From Octopus bimaculoides (taxonomy: Eukaryota): a DNA stretch of 51,639 nt. Both the position numbers and the translations under genes were made by a program. The notes beneath the pieces are model-generated. The model saw nothing but the letters and a program-made list of their open reading frames with translations. It did no database searches and was not told the origin of the DNA. Of this stretch, positions 39,977-51,362 are shown one piece after another. Each line of letters starts with the position of its first letter. Positions within the stretch are counted from its first letter, which is position 1. Location of the stretch: NCBI RefSeq assembly GCF_001194135.2, contig NC_068982.1:143026666-143078304 (forward strand), read 5' to 3'.

Positions 39977-41920
39977 GGTAAATATTTCAATGGAATTATA
40001 AACACTATTCAATTAACTATATTATCAAATCTGGTAAAATAATATGCAAAGAATTTCTAATATTGAGGAGGAAATAGATAAAGAGAGTTCAGTACGTGAT
40101 AAAAACAAATGTTATTAATTTTGAAATTTAAGAAATAACTGAATAATATTACATTAAGTGATAATATTTTAACATTAGAAACAATTCGTTCATTGTTCAA
40201 AGTTTTGAACTCGCTGCATTCTGAATAAAACCTGAACAAATTCCTTTAGCAGTATCAGATGCTTAAGTTTATGTTGGTATAACGTACATGTACCAAGATG
40301 TCTGTGTTGCTCCGTTTAAGATTGATATGTTGTATTTGACGTGTTAATTCGTTTTCTGAACGAGTCATATATTTGTCGCCATATATATATATATTTGAAT
40401 AAACCTGCAAAACATTCGTTTTATCTTAATTTTTTCATCGTTCTTGGCGGACATGAAATCAGGATAACTAATTTTATTGTTGGTATAAATGGAACTTGAA
40501 AGCTACTTTCACACTAACTGATGAATCTTTTGATTTTCTATTTTCGTCTATGTCCTCATGTTGCAATAGCAGCCTTATTTGTAAGGCATTTGCTTACGCA
40601 TTTATAATTAAGGAAATAGTTTCCCTCAGTTCTGTATTTTCATTCGCTTTCCTTCGATATGGTGGAGGTGACCCTCACAGAATCTGATTTTTATAATACT
40701 TTCAGAATTTTTTGAGCATCTATAACTAACATTGATACTCTACTTCTAAACTTAAAATATCTCTACATTGCGATGGTATTATTGCGAATGAGCTCTAACA
40801 AATATCTTGATATATAATCTATTATATTCCTATCGAAATGCAAATTGAAACATTGTTTTAATTAAAATTTCATGATTTTTCTCTGGCTTTGCCATAGGAA
40901 GAGAAAATGATTCCATACCCTTTCTATGACCTCAAAAACAAGTGGCTGGTGGAGAGGAATTGCTTCTCAGACTAGAGATCTAACATGAATGCTTCCTACA
41001 GTCTGGTTCCCTCTAAGAACAAATAACGTCCAGATAATAATGTTAAACTGTATGACTGATTAAATCTAACAGAGAAGAAAAGAAATGGTTCCCAACTGCG
41101 ACTCTTTCACGATTTTCTTACACAACTTTCTCCACAAAGCTTTAATCCAGTGGTTTTGAAACCCTTTTTTTTTAACCTCTGAACACGTTTGATCCCTATT
41201 TTACTCCAGTGGACTCTCATAGCCATTCGTTGTTTAGAAAATCCTATTATATTTCTATAACTGAATGTTATTAGCAATTGCATAGAGTATCGTTAGGATA
41301 TTTTGTGTCTTGCAGAAGTATGACCTATTTATTGCACACACATTTTAACAACGAAATCTTATATAGACCGAAGAAAGTCATACAAACTCCGGTTGAGACC
41401 GACTGTTTTAATTGAACCAAGTCTTTAGTAGAAGGGACTAGCCTAAAGTAAGGCCGGAACACAAAACGATCATTTAACTATTTAGTACGGTTCTTTCAGG
41501 ACAGGGCCATTCTTGTTTTGTGCTTTATGTAAATATTTGGCAATCTATGTTACAGCTGATTCTGTGGGAGAATGTTATAAATCAATTAATTTTAGAAGAT
41601 TAGAATATGTAGAGAATATTGGAGAATGCGCAACTTCTATATGATGTATGTGACATATTTACACAAACCCGCCCACACACATATATGCGTGTGTTTGTAT
41701 GTGGATGTTTCGTTAAATAGATGGCTATGCTCATATTTTATGATATTTACTTTAGCTTTTTCCATATTGTGTTATTAGCATTTTACAGTTGATTCGAATC
41801 AATAGGCTTTCTAAATTCATATCCGGTGTTTCCAAACTCAAAGATGTTCATTTTAAAGAATTTAATATATATACGGCTTCTGAGTTCTCATAGACATTAA
41901 CACCAAAGGTTTTCTAACCA

Positions 41921-41989
<69 letters not shown>

Positions 41990-42012
41990 TATATATATAT
42001 ATATATATATAT
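41921..42012. repeat. (CA)n(TA)n microsatellite
   Basis: Read directly from the sequence. Confidence 0.97.
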
Positions 42013-42084
42013 TTCCACACTGTAACCCCGTGTATATCGTTTGCGATTTTTTCTTCCTCCGTCTTTCCTTCTTTGGACTTTCCT

Positions 42085-42122
42085 ATATTTCCGACGAAGA
42101 GCTTCGCTCGAAACGTCAATTT
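42085..42122 (+). ncRNA. Minimal hammerhead-like motif with GUC cleavage triplet
   Basis: AUAUUU-CCGACGA-A-GAGC-UUC-GCUC-GAAA-CGUC-AAUUU; core position U4 reads C. Confidence 0.65.
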
Positions 42123-42399
42123 CTCTTTCTTTCCTTTCCTGGATGTCCAGTAGCACAATATCTGTATCAACTCCTCGCGTTGTTGTGTTTTGTGGGTTTT
42201 TTGTCATTTTTCTTGTTTGAACTCACTATATATGTGTGTGTGTGTGTGTGTGTGCGTGTGTGTGTATGTGTGTGTGCGTGCGCGTGTGCGCGCGTGTGTG
42301 TGTGCGTGCGCGTGTGCGCGCGTGTGTGTGTGCGTGTGTGTGTGTGAGTGTGTATGAATGTATGTATGTATTATGTGTAGGTCAAAGGATAAATATGTT

Positions 42400-42606
42400 T
42401 TCTTGGATTCCCTGACGTATATAACCAGCCCCGACCTGGATGGGACACTGGTCTATAAAAGGGTCACTTACTTTTGCCAGCTGAGCGGACTGGAGCGATG
42501 TCAAATGAAGTATTCTGCACAAGCACACAATGCAGTGTACTATTCAGGAATCGAAATCGCAACATTACGAGCATGAGTCCAACGCACTAACTCCTAAGCG
42601 GCACGC
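42400..42606 (-). mobile_element. tRNA-derived SINE family D, diverged
   Basis: Reverse strand gcttaggagttagtgcgttggactc...gatttcgattcc (boxes A and B), then gctccagtccgctcagctggcaaaagtaag (CORE-like). Confidence 0.65.
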
Positions 42607-42690
42607 ATTTATATATATNNNNNNNNNNNNNNNNNNNNNNNNNNNNNNNNNNNNNNNNNNNNNNNNNNTATATATATATATATATATATA

Positions 42691-43290
42691 TTCTGAGGAC
42701 ATTCAGAACCAGGGAAATGGAGGCCCGGCTACTCCTATGGAGGACTTCCATTCTCATCCGCTTGGACTACTGTTCCCAACCAGGGTCTCCAGAGAGTGTG
42801 AAACCAACTGTGGAGCTCGAAGCAATCCACCGTTAATACCCAAAGAAGATTGACTCCATGCAAAAGTTGGGCTACGGAGTCTCTATTCCCTGGAGAGAGG
42901 ATGAGAGAGATATGCGATGATATATATTTGGAATATCTTCGTGGGTTAACTCCCAATTTTGAAATTGGCAGCTATGCTAAACCTCGAACTGGGTGGCACT
43001 GTATCGTACCAAAGATCCCATTTTCCATATCTAAAATAAGTACTCAATAGTGCATCAGTCTGGGTTTCAAGGGCCTGTAATCGTTCAACATCCTGCCAGG
43101 CTGCCTCAGAGATCTACCTGGTGTTGATGTGGAAGTTTTCAAGAAACGTCTGGACAGGTTTCTATTTGAGATACCAGATGAACCCACATCGCAGCAGGAG
43201 ACACACAGAAGAGCAGCTCCGTCCAACTCGCTACATCACCAAAACCAGTACTGGTTTCAGCCCTGGGTTGAAACCAGTAAAAAATAAAAG
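42691..43290 (+). mobile_element. 3' end of a CR1/L2-type LINE, decayed, with terminal stem-loop and A-rich tail
   Basis: LRTFRTREMEARLLLWRTSILIRLDYCS, SLYSLER..ERYAMIYIW, LTPNFEIGSYAKPRTGWHCIVPKIP and FKKRLDRFLFEIPDEP...RAAPSNS. Hairpin tactggtttcagcc-ctg-ggttgaaaccagta at 43249-43279, then aaaaataaaa. Confidence 0.9.
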
Positions 43291-43543
43291 GTATACGCAT
43301 ACATACATGCATATATCCATTCATACATACACACACACTCACGTATATTACATAAAAACACGCATTTGTTACCCCTGATATACCAAACAAACTATACATT
43401 CGCAGGAAAACCATTTCTCTCACATTTACACCTTCCCGCCACTTTGACTTACAAAATCCCACAGTTGAATGAAGAAGATTCAAATATATGATCACATAAA
43501 TATATCCTTGTAAACAGAGAGAGAAATGTATTCACACACTTAC

Positions 43544-43675
43544 CATTTCCTAGACGCACTAAACTCCAGTCGTTCATTTGCGAATGTGCAGTCTTTGATT
43601 ATTTAGATGAGACAATTCTCCAACCCAGAATATTTGATCAAGCATTCATTACAAGTCTAGTTTCCTGCCATCACT
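43544..43675 (-). other. Candidate 132-nt exon, probably 5'UTR or start-containing (MNDWSLVRLGN possible)
   Basis: Strong acceptor ctttttttctttcattacag| and strong donor ggaaatg|gtaagt. All three through-frames contain stops. Confidence 0.5.
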
Positions 43676-44154
43676 CTGTAATGAAAGAAAAAAAGTTGTA
43701 TAAATTTTAAACTTTATTGTATCATAAACGTTTTAATGCTAAACGGTTTCTATAGAATTTCACTTGCGAAAGTTTCTAAACAACCGAATGAAGATTGCGA
43801 TAAAATAAAATGAGATCATCGTATGACAAAAATAGGGAGAGAAGGTGTCAGAAAAATGTTGAGTCTGTGGAATTTGGAATGAGACAGTGTCACACATTGC
43901 TGCAGTATGTCCTCAGCTGGCGCAGGGAGAATATAAGAAAAGTTGTGAAAGTTTTACACTAGAAGCTTTGCCAAAAATGGGGATTTGAAGCTGGGAGTAC
44001 ATGGTATGACCATCGGGTCGAAAGAATACTGGAATTGGTGATGCAAAATTTTGTGTGATTTTCGGCTTCAAATGGAGAAGCATCTAGAAAATGATAGATA
44101 AGAAATAACGATAATAAGCAAGTAAAAACAGAGTTGTTTACTAAATTATCCATC

Positions 44155-44330
44155 ATGCTTAGCAGTATTTCGTCTGTTTTTACGTTTTGAGTTCAAATTC
44201 CGCCGAGGTCGACTTTGTCTTTCATCCTTTCGGGGTCGATAGATTAAGTACCAGTTGCGTACTGTGAGCGATCTAATCGACTGGCACCCTCCCCCAAAAT
44301 TTCAGGTCTTGTTCCTAGAGTAGAAAAATA
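44155..44330 (+). mobile_element. SINE family A, 5'-truncated
   Basis: gagttcaaattccgccgaggtcgactttgtctttcatcctttcggggtcgata. Confidence 0.9.
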
Positions 44331-44496
44331 TGTTATTTAGGGTATATCTAATTTAAATTTTGATATAGCGGATCCCTAATCGGTCTCTCAAACCACATGT
44401 TCATTGTATTCCCTTTTTCTAGAAGTAGTCACATCTGGTAACATTATATTCACTTGCGAACATACACACGCAAGTACACCCATGTGTATGTGTGTG

Positions 44497-44612
44497 TGTG
44501 TTTCTGTGTATGTATGTGTGTGTGAGAGAGAGTGAGAGAGAATGAGTGTGTTTCTGTCTGTTTCTGTGTATGTATGTGTGTGTGAGAGAGAGTGAGAGAG
44601 AATGAGTGTGTG
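44497..44612. repeat. Tandem duplication of a ~60-bp microsatellite-mosaic unit
   Basis: tgtttctgtgtatgtatgtgtgtgtgagagagagtgagagagaatgagtgtg occurs twice. Confidence 0.85.
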
Positions 44613-44922
44613 TGTGTATCAATATACGGAAAAGAACAAAAGTTACATGATTAAACAATTATATTCATTAACACACACCTGTTTCAGCTAAGAGAAATAA
44701 CCTACCTAGTAGTGCGATGTTTCCCGTAACTAAAACAGTCGTAAGCTAATGATATCTATTAATAAAGCCTTGTGTTCGTTCTGGGTTTGTACAAATATCA
44801 ATAGGAGAGGAAGTCAGTGAATTCAAGACTGCTCGGAAACGAAGTTTATCAATACTGTGCAATATATAAATACTGAGTCCTAGCAGCCAGTTATTCGACT
44901 TGCTATCGTCGTCTGAATTACG

Positions 44923-44991
<69 letters not shown>

Positions 44992-45044
44992 GAAGTCTAA
45001 ATTTTTCATTGCCGCTAATATCTCAATGGCGGTGTTTTAGAAAC

Positions 45045-45275
45045 CAGCAAGTTCTGCCATATTGGTTCCAGATTTTGGCAAAAGGCCAGCAATTTCGGGT
45101 GAGAATGTAGGTCGATTACATCGACCCTAGTGTCCAACTGGTAATCATTTTATCGACCCTGAAAAGACGAAAAACGAAGCCGGGGTCGGCGAAATCTGAA
45201 GTCAGAACGTAAAGACGGACGAAATGTCCCTAAGCATTTTGTTCGGCGTTCTAACGATTCTACTAGCTGGCTACT
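45045..45275 (-). mobile_element. SINE family A, diverged
   Basis: tttatcgaccctgaaaagacgaaa...gtcggcgaaatctgaagtcagaacgtaaagacggacgaaatg. Confidence 0.8.
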
Positions 45276-46878
45276 TTAACAAGTCTTATCATATTGTCAA
45301 CTGCGAATCAAATTTGATTCGCGAACATGCTTAAACGCACGTGATTCGCTCGAGAAAAGGTGGAATGATACTATTTGAGTATTGCGTTTGAATAGATTGG
45401 TCTTACATAAAGAGTTATTAATGGATTCTGATGTGTGAATGTGGAGGTTGAACTCTCGCACTCCCTATTGTTAGTCAGGTAGTGCATCACCTTTGACATT
45501 TCTCTTGCACACGTATGCAACAGTTATAATGGGAATTCTAAACAGTCAAAGTAACCAGTTAAATACTTCGTAAGAAATCAATGTTTTAATATGTGTGACG
45601 AGATAATACCCCAAACAAGACATGTTGTCTGGAAGAAAGGAAAGGCAGACAACCATGCAGCTATACAGACACACTAGCCTTACGTTCAGATCAAAGAGGT
45701 GACTTTATCATAAAATTACTTGGAAATGGAAACCAAAATAGAATAGCATTTTAGAATTCGTTTGAAATGGAAAGCGAAATGGAGATTAACGATGAGAAAA
45801 TAAAAAGGAATGTACTATTTCCATAGAACAGGAAGTCACTACCTACATGTAGATTGCCTATTAGACATATTTCCTTTCTCCGAAATACATAATAGTCATC
45901 ATTTGCTAATATAGACGCAAAACCAATGTATTTTTTAGCTAGTTGCTTTTCACTGTAATACAGCGAGATTTTCCCCAGTGATTTAACAATGGAAATCATA
46001 GAAAAATAGATAGGCATAGGTATATATTGTAATGTAAAAGACGTGATGTATATTAATATATGTTTTACATAGTGCAGACATTATCTGATACAGAATTGAA
46101 TTCAATACGTTGTATGTAGAATGGATATTTATGTTAATTATATCAAAAAATGACTGCCCAATCTGATTTTCGGCATCGGTTCGGTTGTTNNNNNNNNNNN
46201 NNNNNNNNNNNNNNNNNNNNNNNNNNNNNNNNNNNNNNNNNNNNNNNNNNNNNNNNNNNNNNNNNNNNNNNNNNNNNNNNNNNNNNNNNNNNNNNNNNNN
46301 NNNNNNNNNNNNNNNNNNNNNNNNNNNNNNNNNNNNNNNNNNNNNNNNNNNNNNNNNNNNNNNNNNNNNNNNNNNNNNNNNNNNNNNNNNNNNNNNNNNN
46401 NNNNNNNNNNNNNNNNNNNNNNNNNNNNNNNNNNNNNNNNNNNNNNNNNNNNNNNNNNNNNNNNNNNNNNNNNNNNNNNNNNNNNNNNNNNNNNNNNNNN
46501 NNNNNNNNNNNNNNNTATATATATATATATATATATACATACACATACATACATACATACATACATACATACATACATACATCGCATGCATATATGTATG
46601 TACTTATAAATGCCTGATATATAGACACACGCGCTTACATAGACGCACACACATATATACACATATATATATGCATACATATGTGTATATAAGTATAGTG
46701 GTAGGTTGGCTTTCTACTCGCTCCTCGATTTCGTCAGCTTGTTGAATTTTCATTCATAGGTGGCTTATTTGAATATTTTCCGTATCTCATTCCTAGCAAC
46801 GCTGGTACTATCTGGTACCCTTAATTATAATTCACTTCTTTATTACTGTTCTCGTTTAATCATTTTAACTCATGTCCA

Positions 46879-46926
46879 TTGTCCGGAAAACTTTCGTAAC
46901 ACATCTGTCACCTCTTCAGCGACAAC
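46879..46926 (-). ncRNA. Minimal type I hammerhead ribozyme, catalytic core intact
   Basis: GUUGUCG-CUGAAGA-G-GUGAC-AGAUGU-GUUAC-GAAA-GUUUUC/CGGACAA; helices I and II can pair. Confidence 0.75.
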
Positions 46927-47028
46927 TTTCGTTTTCGTGCGTGTTCTTACTCCGCTTACTCCATTCTGTTCTAAGGTTATTCTAACAGAATGGACTAAGT
47001 GGAGCAAAAACACACGCGAAAACGAAAA

Positions 47029-47073
47029 GTTTCGCTGAAGAAGTCACAGATACGTGACGAAAGATTTCCGAAC
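47029..47073 (+). ncRNA. Minimal type I hammerhead ribozyme, catalytic core intact
   Basis: GUUUCG-CUGAAGA-A-GUCAC-AGAUAC-GUGAC-GAAA-GAUUUC/CGAAC; helix II has 5 Watson-Crick pairs. Confidence 0.78.
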
Positions 47074-47540
47074 AATGGACGTGAGTTAAAATAATTAAAT
47101 AAGAACAGTAATAAACGAGTGAAGAAAAAATATACACTGCCTGTGTTTATTTGGCAAAAAAGGATAACAATGACCGTCCCGAAATGAAATAATGCATATA
47201 TGCATGTACATATGTGTATATGGATTGTTGTGCATATGACTGAGGGCAGGTATCCTTGTGGTTAGAGTGTTCTGCTCACGTTCTTGCCATCGTGGTTTCC
47301 ATTCCGTGGTTTCGAATGCGTCAATCAAAATTTTCGGAAAAAATTATGTCGACACACTTGAGTCTAGATCTGAGTTTTAAAGACAACTGACAAACACTAG
47401 TGATGCCATTTGTTTTCTTTTTCTATATGGAATAAATAGAGGTACTGGACTAAAATCCGTGTAAAGGCCTTTTCCCTGTTAACATATATCGCCGTTGGTC
47501 CGTTCTGCAAATCATTATGTCATTATTATCGACAATATTA

Positions 47541-47983
47541 AGTGTTAGTGCAAACTGGCAGAATCGTTAGCACTCTGGATGAAATGCTTAGCGACATTGC
47601 GCCCGTCGCTACGTTGTGACTTCAAATTCCGTCGAGGTCGACTTTGCCTTTCATCATTTCGCGGTCTATGAATTAAGTATTAGTCACGTACTGAGGTCGA
47701 TCTAATCGATTGGCACCCCTCCTCCAAAACTTTCGGTCCTTGTGCCTAGTATAGAAAAGAATATTTAAGGCGACGAACTGGCAGAATCGTTATCACGCTG
47801 GATGAAATGCTAAGCGATATTTCGCTCGTTGCTACGTTCTAAATTCAAATTCCGCCGAGGTCGACTTTGCCTTACATACTTTCGAGGTCTATAAATTAAG
47901 CACCAGTTTCGTACTGGACTCGATCTAATCGATTGGCCCCGTCCACAAAATTTCAGATATTGTGCCTATAATAGAAAAGATTT
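47541..47983 (+). mobile_element. Head-to-tail SINE family A dimer with 15-bp TSD
   Basis: Two monomers joined at agaaaagaatatttaaggcgacg. TSD ttatcgacaa(t/c)atta at 47526-47540 and 47984-47998. Confidence 0.88.
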
Positions 47984-49263
47984 TTATCGACAACATTATT
48001 GACACAAATGTACATTCGAAGTTTGTATCACTGCATTTGTTTGACTAATATGTCTACAATTTATGTCTGTTTATGTCTGGCTGCAAGTAGCCCAAAGTCA
48101 ATCCAGCTGGTATTGTTGCATGTACTGCCTTTTCTTTAATTATTTTAGATGCCAATGTATTCGAAACTGCACCTCTCGGCTTCCACACTCTTTGACCTAG
48201 CAAAATATCTAGGTTGTGCAGGAGGGAGTAATGGCTGTACTATCACCCGGTTCTTACTCATTACAGCTGGACAGACTGGAATGGTGTTAAATGATATATC
48301 ATGGTTAAAGAAACTGCGCAGTGCCGCGTTCCGATATCGAAACACAAACCTACGAACATGAACGGACTGGCCTGACTACTAATCCATAGGACTTCACATT
48401 TTCAGTTAGTATCCGAAAATGAAAATATAGTTTTGTTGATCTATCAGAATTTTATTGAAATAATTGAAACGATTTGATAAACTTCAATGTATGTCTGCGT
48501 CTTATTTTATAGACAAGGATGGAAGGTAAACTCAAAGGGTGGAGGCAATGTTCACCCCGGTGGCACATCTCAATTTTCTCGCAATCTCCTATAAAGAGCA
48601 ATCAAACTTTTCTCACATTACTCAGACCCATCATAAAATGAAGGAAACATTGCTTATTATATTCCCAGTAACATATGTCTGAATGAAAGGTGTCCATCGT
48701 ACCAAAGAAAACAATGTCACATCAGTTTCTATCATCGCGATGCAATCTGATATGGAGATGACGTTGTAAATGAAAGATGTCAAAGCTGTTAAATGCTACA
48801 AGAACTAAACCAAACAACAGTATCAGGAATAAATCGTTCAATCCTTTAGAAATACCAGCCATATTCTAAAGTAACGAAAAAAGTAAACATGTGATAAAGC
48901 AGGTCTGGATATATAGATAAACGAGATGTTTTTATTTCGAACATCTTTTATCATAACATTTAATTGCCACCCAAGTGTGGCGTCCTATACGGGACAGTGC
49001 TACTGATGTTTATAGCCCCAGCAAAACATCTCTTCCAGCTGGTTCACGACACACATTCTGTGTCCGATTAATATTTGCTAAGGGAGGGCATCACTCCCAT
49101 TCCTAGCCTTACGCGATACACAGGGACCCGACTTTCTGGCTGCTTACCCGTTCTCAGCGTGTGTTAATCACCAGTTAGTAATGAAAACTCACCCCACTCG
49201 GAAAATACTGTATGCTTTTTCCAGCAACAAACCGTCGCTGATCTCGAAAAAGGAGAAATAAGT

Positions 49264-49514
49264 TATATTAAATGTCTAAGCGAGATGTAAACAGTAGCAA
49301 TACGGAATCGTAACATATAATTGCCAACCAAGTGTGGCGTCCTATACGGGACAGTGCTACTGGCGTTTATAGCCCCAGCCAGCTGGAAGAGATGTCTTTC
49401 TAGCGCTATAAACGCCAGCAGCACTGTCCCATATAGGATGCCACACTTGGATGACAATTATATGTTACGATTCCGTATTGCTACTGTTTACATATCGTTC
49501 AGAGATTGAATATA
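49264..49514. repeat. Foldback element (arms ~110 bp, spacer 49374-49404), with a partial direct copy at 48953-49042
   Basis: atgtaaacagtagcaatacggaatcgtaacatataattgcc...gtttatagc is mirrored by gctataaac...tattgctactgtttacat. Confidence 0.9.
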
Positions 49515-49628
49515 TCTTTGAACAAGTTTGATCATTCAAAAGTTTGACCTAGTTATACAGTAACAGCACATAACACCAACATTAAAGAGGACTATGTTAC
49601 TTTATATATGTATATAACTATAAACAAA

Positions 49629-49682
<54 letters not shown>
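49629..49682. repeat. (GATA)n microsatellite
   Basis: Read directly from the sequence. Confidence 0.97.
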
Positions 49683-50279
49683 CGTATAATATGTATCACT
49701 TAGTTTTAATGTAAATACACTCTCATATCTAAAATCAAATAATTATTGGACCTTATTTTCAGTGCTCCATTGTAAAACATTATAAACAAATATTTCATCA
49801 TAAAATGCTATTTGTACGAATATAAATATCAATTCTCTCTCCAATGGCAAACATAGTTATAAGTGTGTAAATTCTTGGCGTCATAAGTATTATTCTGCTT
49901 AAATTAACATTTATAACACAAACAATAGACTTGCCTAGCAGTCAATACATTTAAAAGCTAAATTATCTCTGCTAGCGTTATACATTAATCACGTTGTATT
50001 TAAAACCGAAGTGTGTAGAAAGATATCATAATTAACAAGATGGTGAAGAAGATCTCCACCTTAAATACTTAAATATATAAGAGGCTGGCGTCTTATTAGA
50101 AGAGGAAATAATCCAAACGATGGTAATTTATCAAGTTTAATGTCAAACTTGAAATTTATAATAGGAAGGAGAGAAATTTGATACATAACATACGCACCGT
50201 ACTGTCCCCGGTTTCTGTTCGGAAAGCTCAAGATGTACGTTATTGTTTGAGGTTTTAATTGTTTAATAATATCGCTAAT

Positions 50280-50282
50280 GGC

Positions 50283-50324
<42 letters not shown>

Positions 50325-50607
50325 AAGAAGAAGAAGAAGAAGAAGAAGAAGAAGAAGAAGAAGAAGAAGAAGAACAGCAACAACAAAGAACAACGGCAAT
50401 AATAAAAGCAACAGGACATGAAAAGGACGAAGACGTAGCAGGAAAAGCATACGAAGAAGTAAAACAACAACAGCAACAACAAAACCAGAAAGAATATAAA
50501 AAAAGATAACAATGATGACAAGGATGCGATTGTGTAGGTGTGGCGAGGAGGGGCGAAAAAGAAAGTTATGGGAAAAAAGGGTGGAAACGCTGATGAGGAG
50601 GGAAGGG

Positions 50608-50642
<35 letters not shown>

Positions 50643-50720
50643 GCGACGTCGACGACGATGTCCACATCGGATATGGCGACGATGACAATGTTGACTTTAA
50701 TGACAGTCATAATAAGAAGG
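50280..50720. repeat. Mosaic of trinucleotide repeats (AAT, GAA, CAA, GAT, GAC)
   Basis: Read directly; explains the poly-I/L/F/M ORFs. Confidence 0.9.
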
Positions 50721-50917
50721 AAGGAAATATACTGAAGAAAATATTCAAAGCTGACAATTAGAAAAGATTTTAAATAACCATCAATTTAAGGATGTTGCTG
50801 TTTGGTCTCCGATCAACATTGATAATCTAGAATTTACTTTGATCAAATGGTTTTCCAACACAGAACATCCCATTTGCTTTCTATTTTTTGCTTTGAATAT
50901 TTTTTTTTCAAATATAG

Positions 50918-51362
50918 TAACGCGGTGAGCTGGCAAAATCGTTAGCACGCCGGGTGAAATGCTTACCGGTATATCGACTGTCCTTACGTTCTGAGTTCAA
51001 ATTCCGCCGAGGTCGACTTTTCTTTTCATCCTTTCGGAGTCGATGAATTAAGTTCCAGTTGCGCACTGGGGTCGATCTAATCGACTGGCCCCAACCCCCA
51101 AAACATCGGGCCTTGTGCCTAGAGTAGACAAGAATAGTGTCGTAAATGTAAGGCGGCGAGCTAGCAGTAGACTTAGCACACCGGGCAAAATGCTTAGCTG
51201 TATTTTGCTTGTCTTTACGTACTGAGTTCAAATTCTGCCGAGGTCGACTTTTCCTTTTATCCTTTCGGGGTCGATAAATAAAATAGCAGTTGCGTACTGG
51301 GATCGATCTAATCGACTGGCCACCTCCTCCAAAATTTCGTGCCGTTTGCCTAGAGTAGAATA
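50918..51362 (+). mobile_element. Two tandem SINE family A copies
   Basis: Heads at ~50920 and ~51150; both carry gagttcaaatt...gaggtcgacttttc and end in gcctagagtaga. Confidence 0.9.

Larger units (their letters stand above)
46831..47123. mobile_element. 293-bp palindromic non-coding element with a hammerhead on each arm
   Basis: Arms 46831-46970 and 46984-47123 are diverged reverse complements around a 13-nt spacer, ctaaggttattct. Confidence 0.85.
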
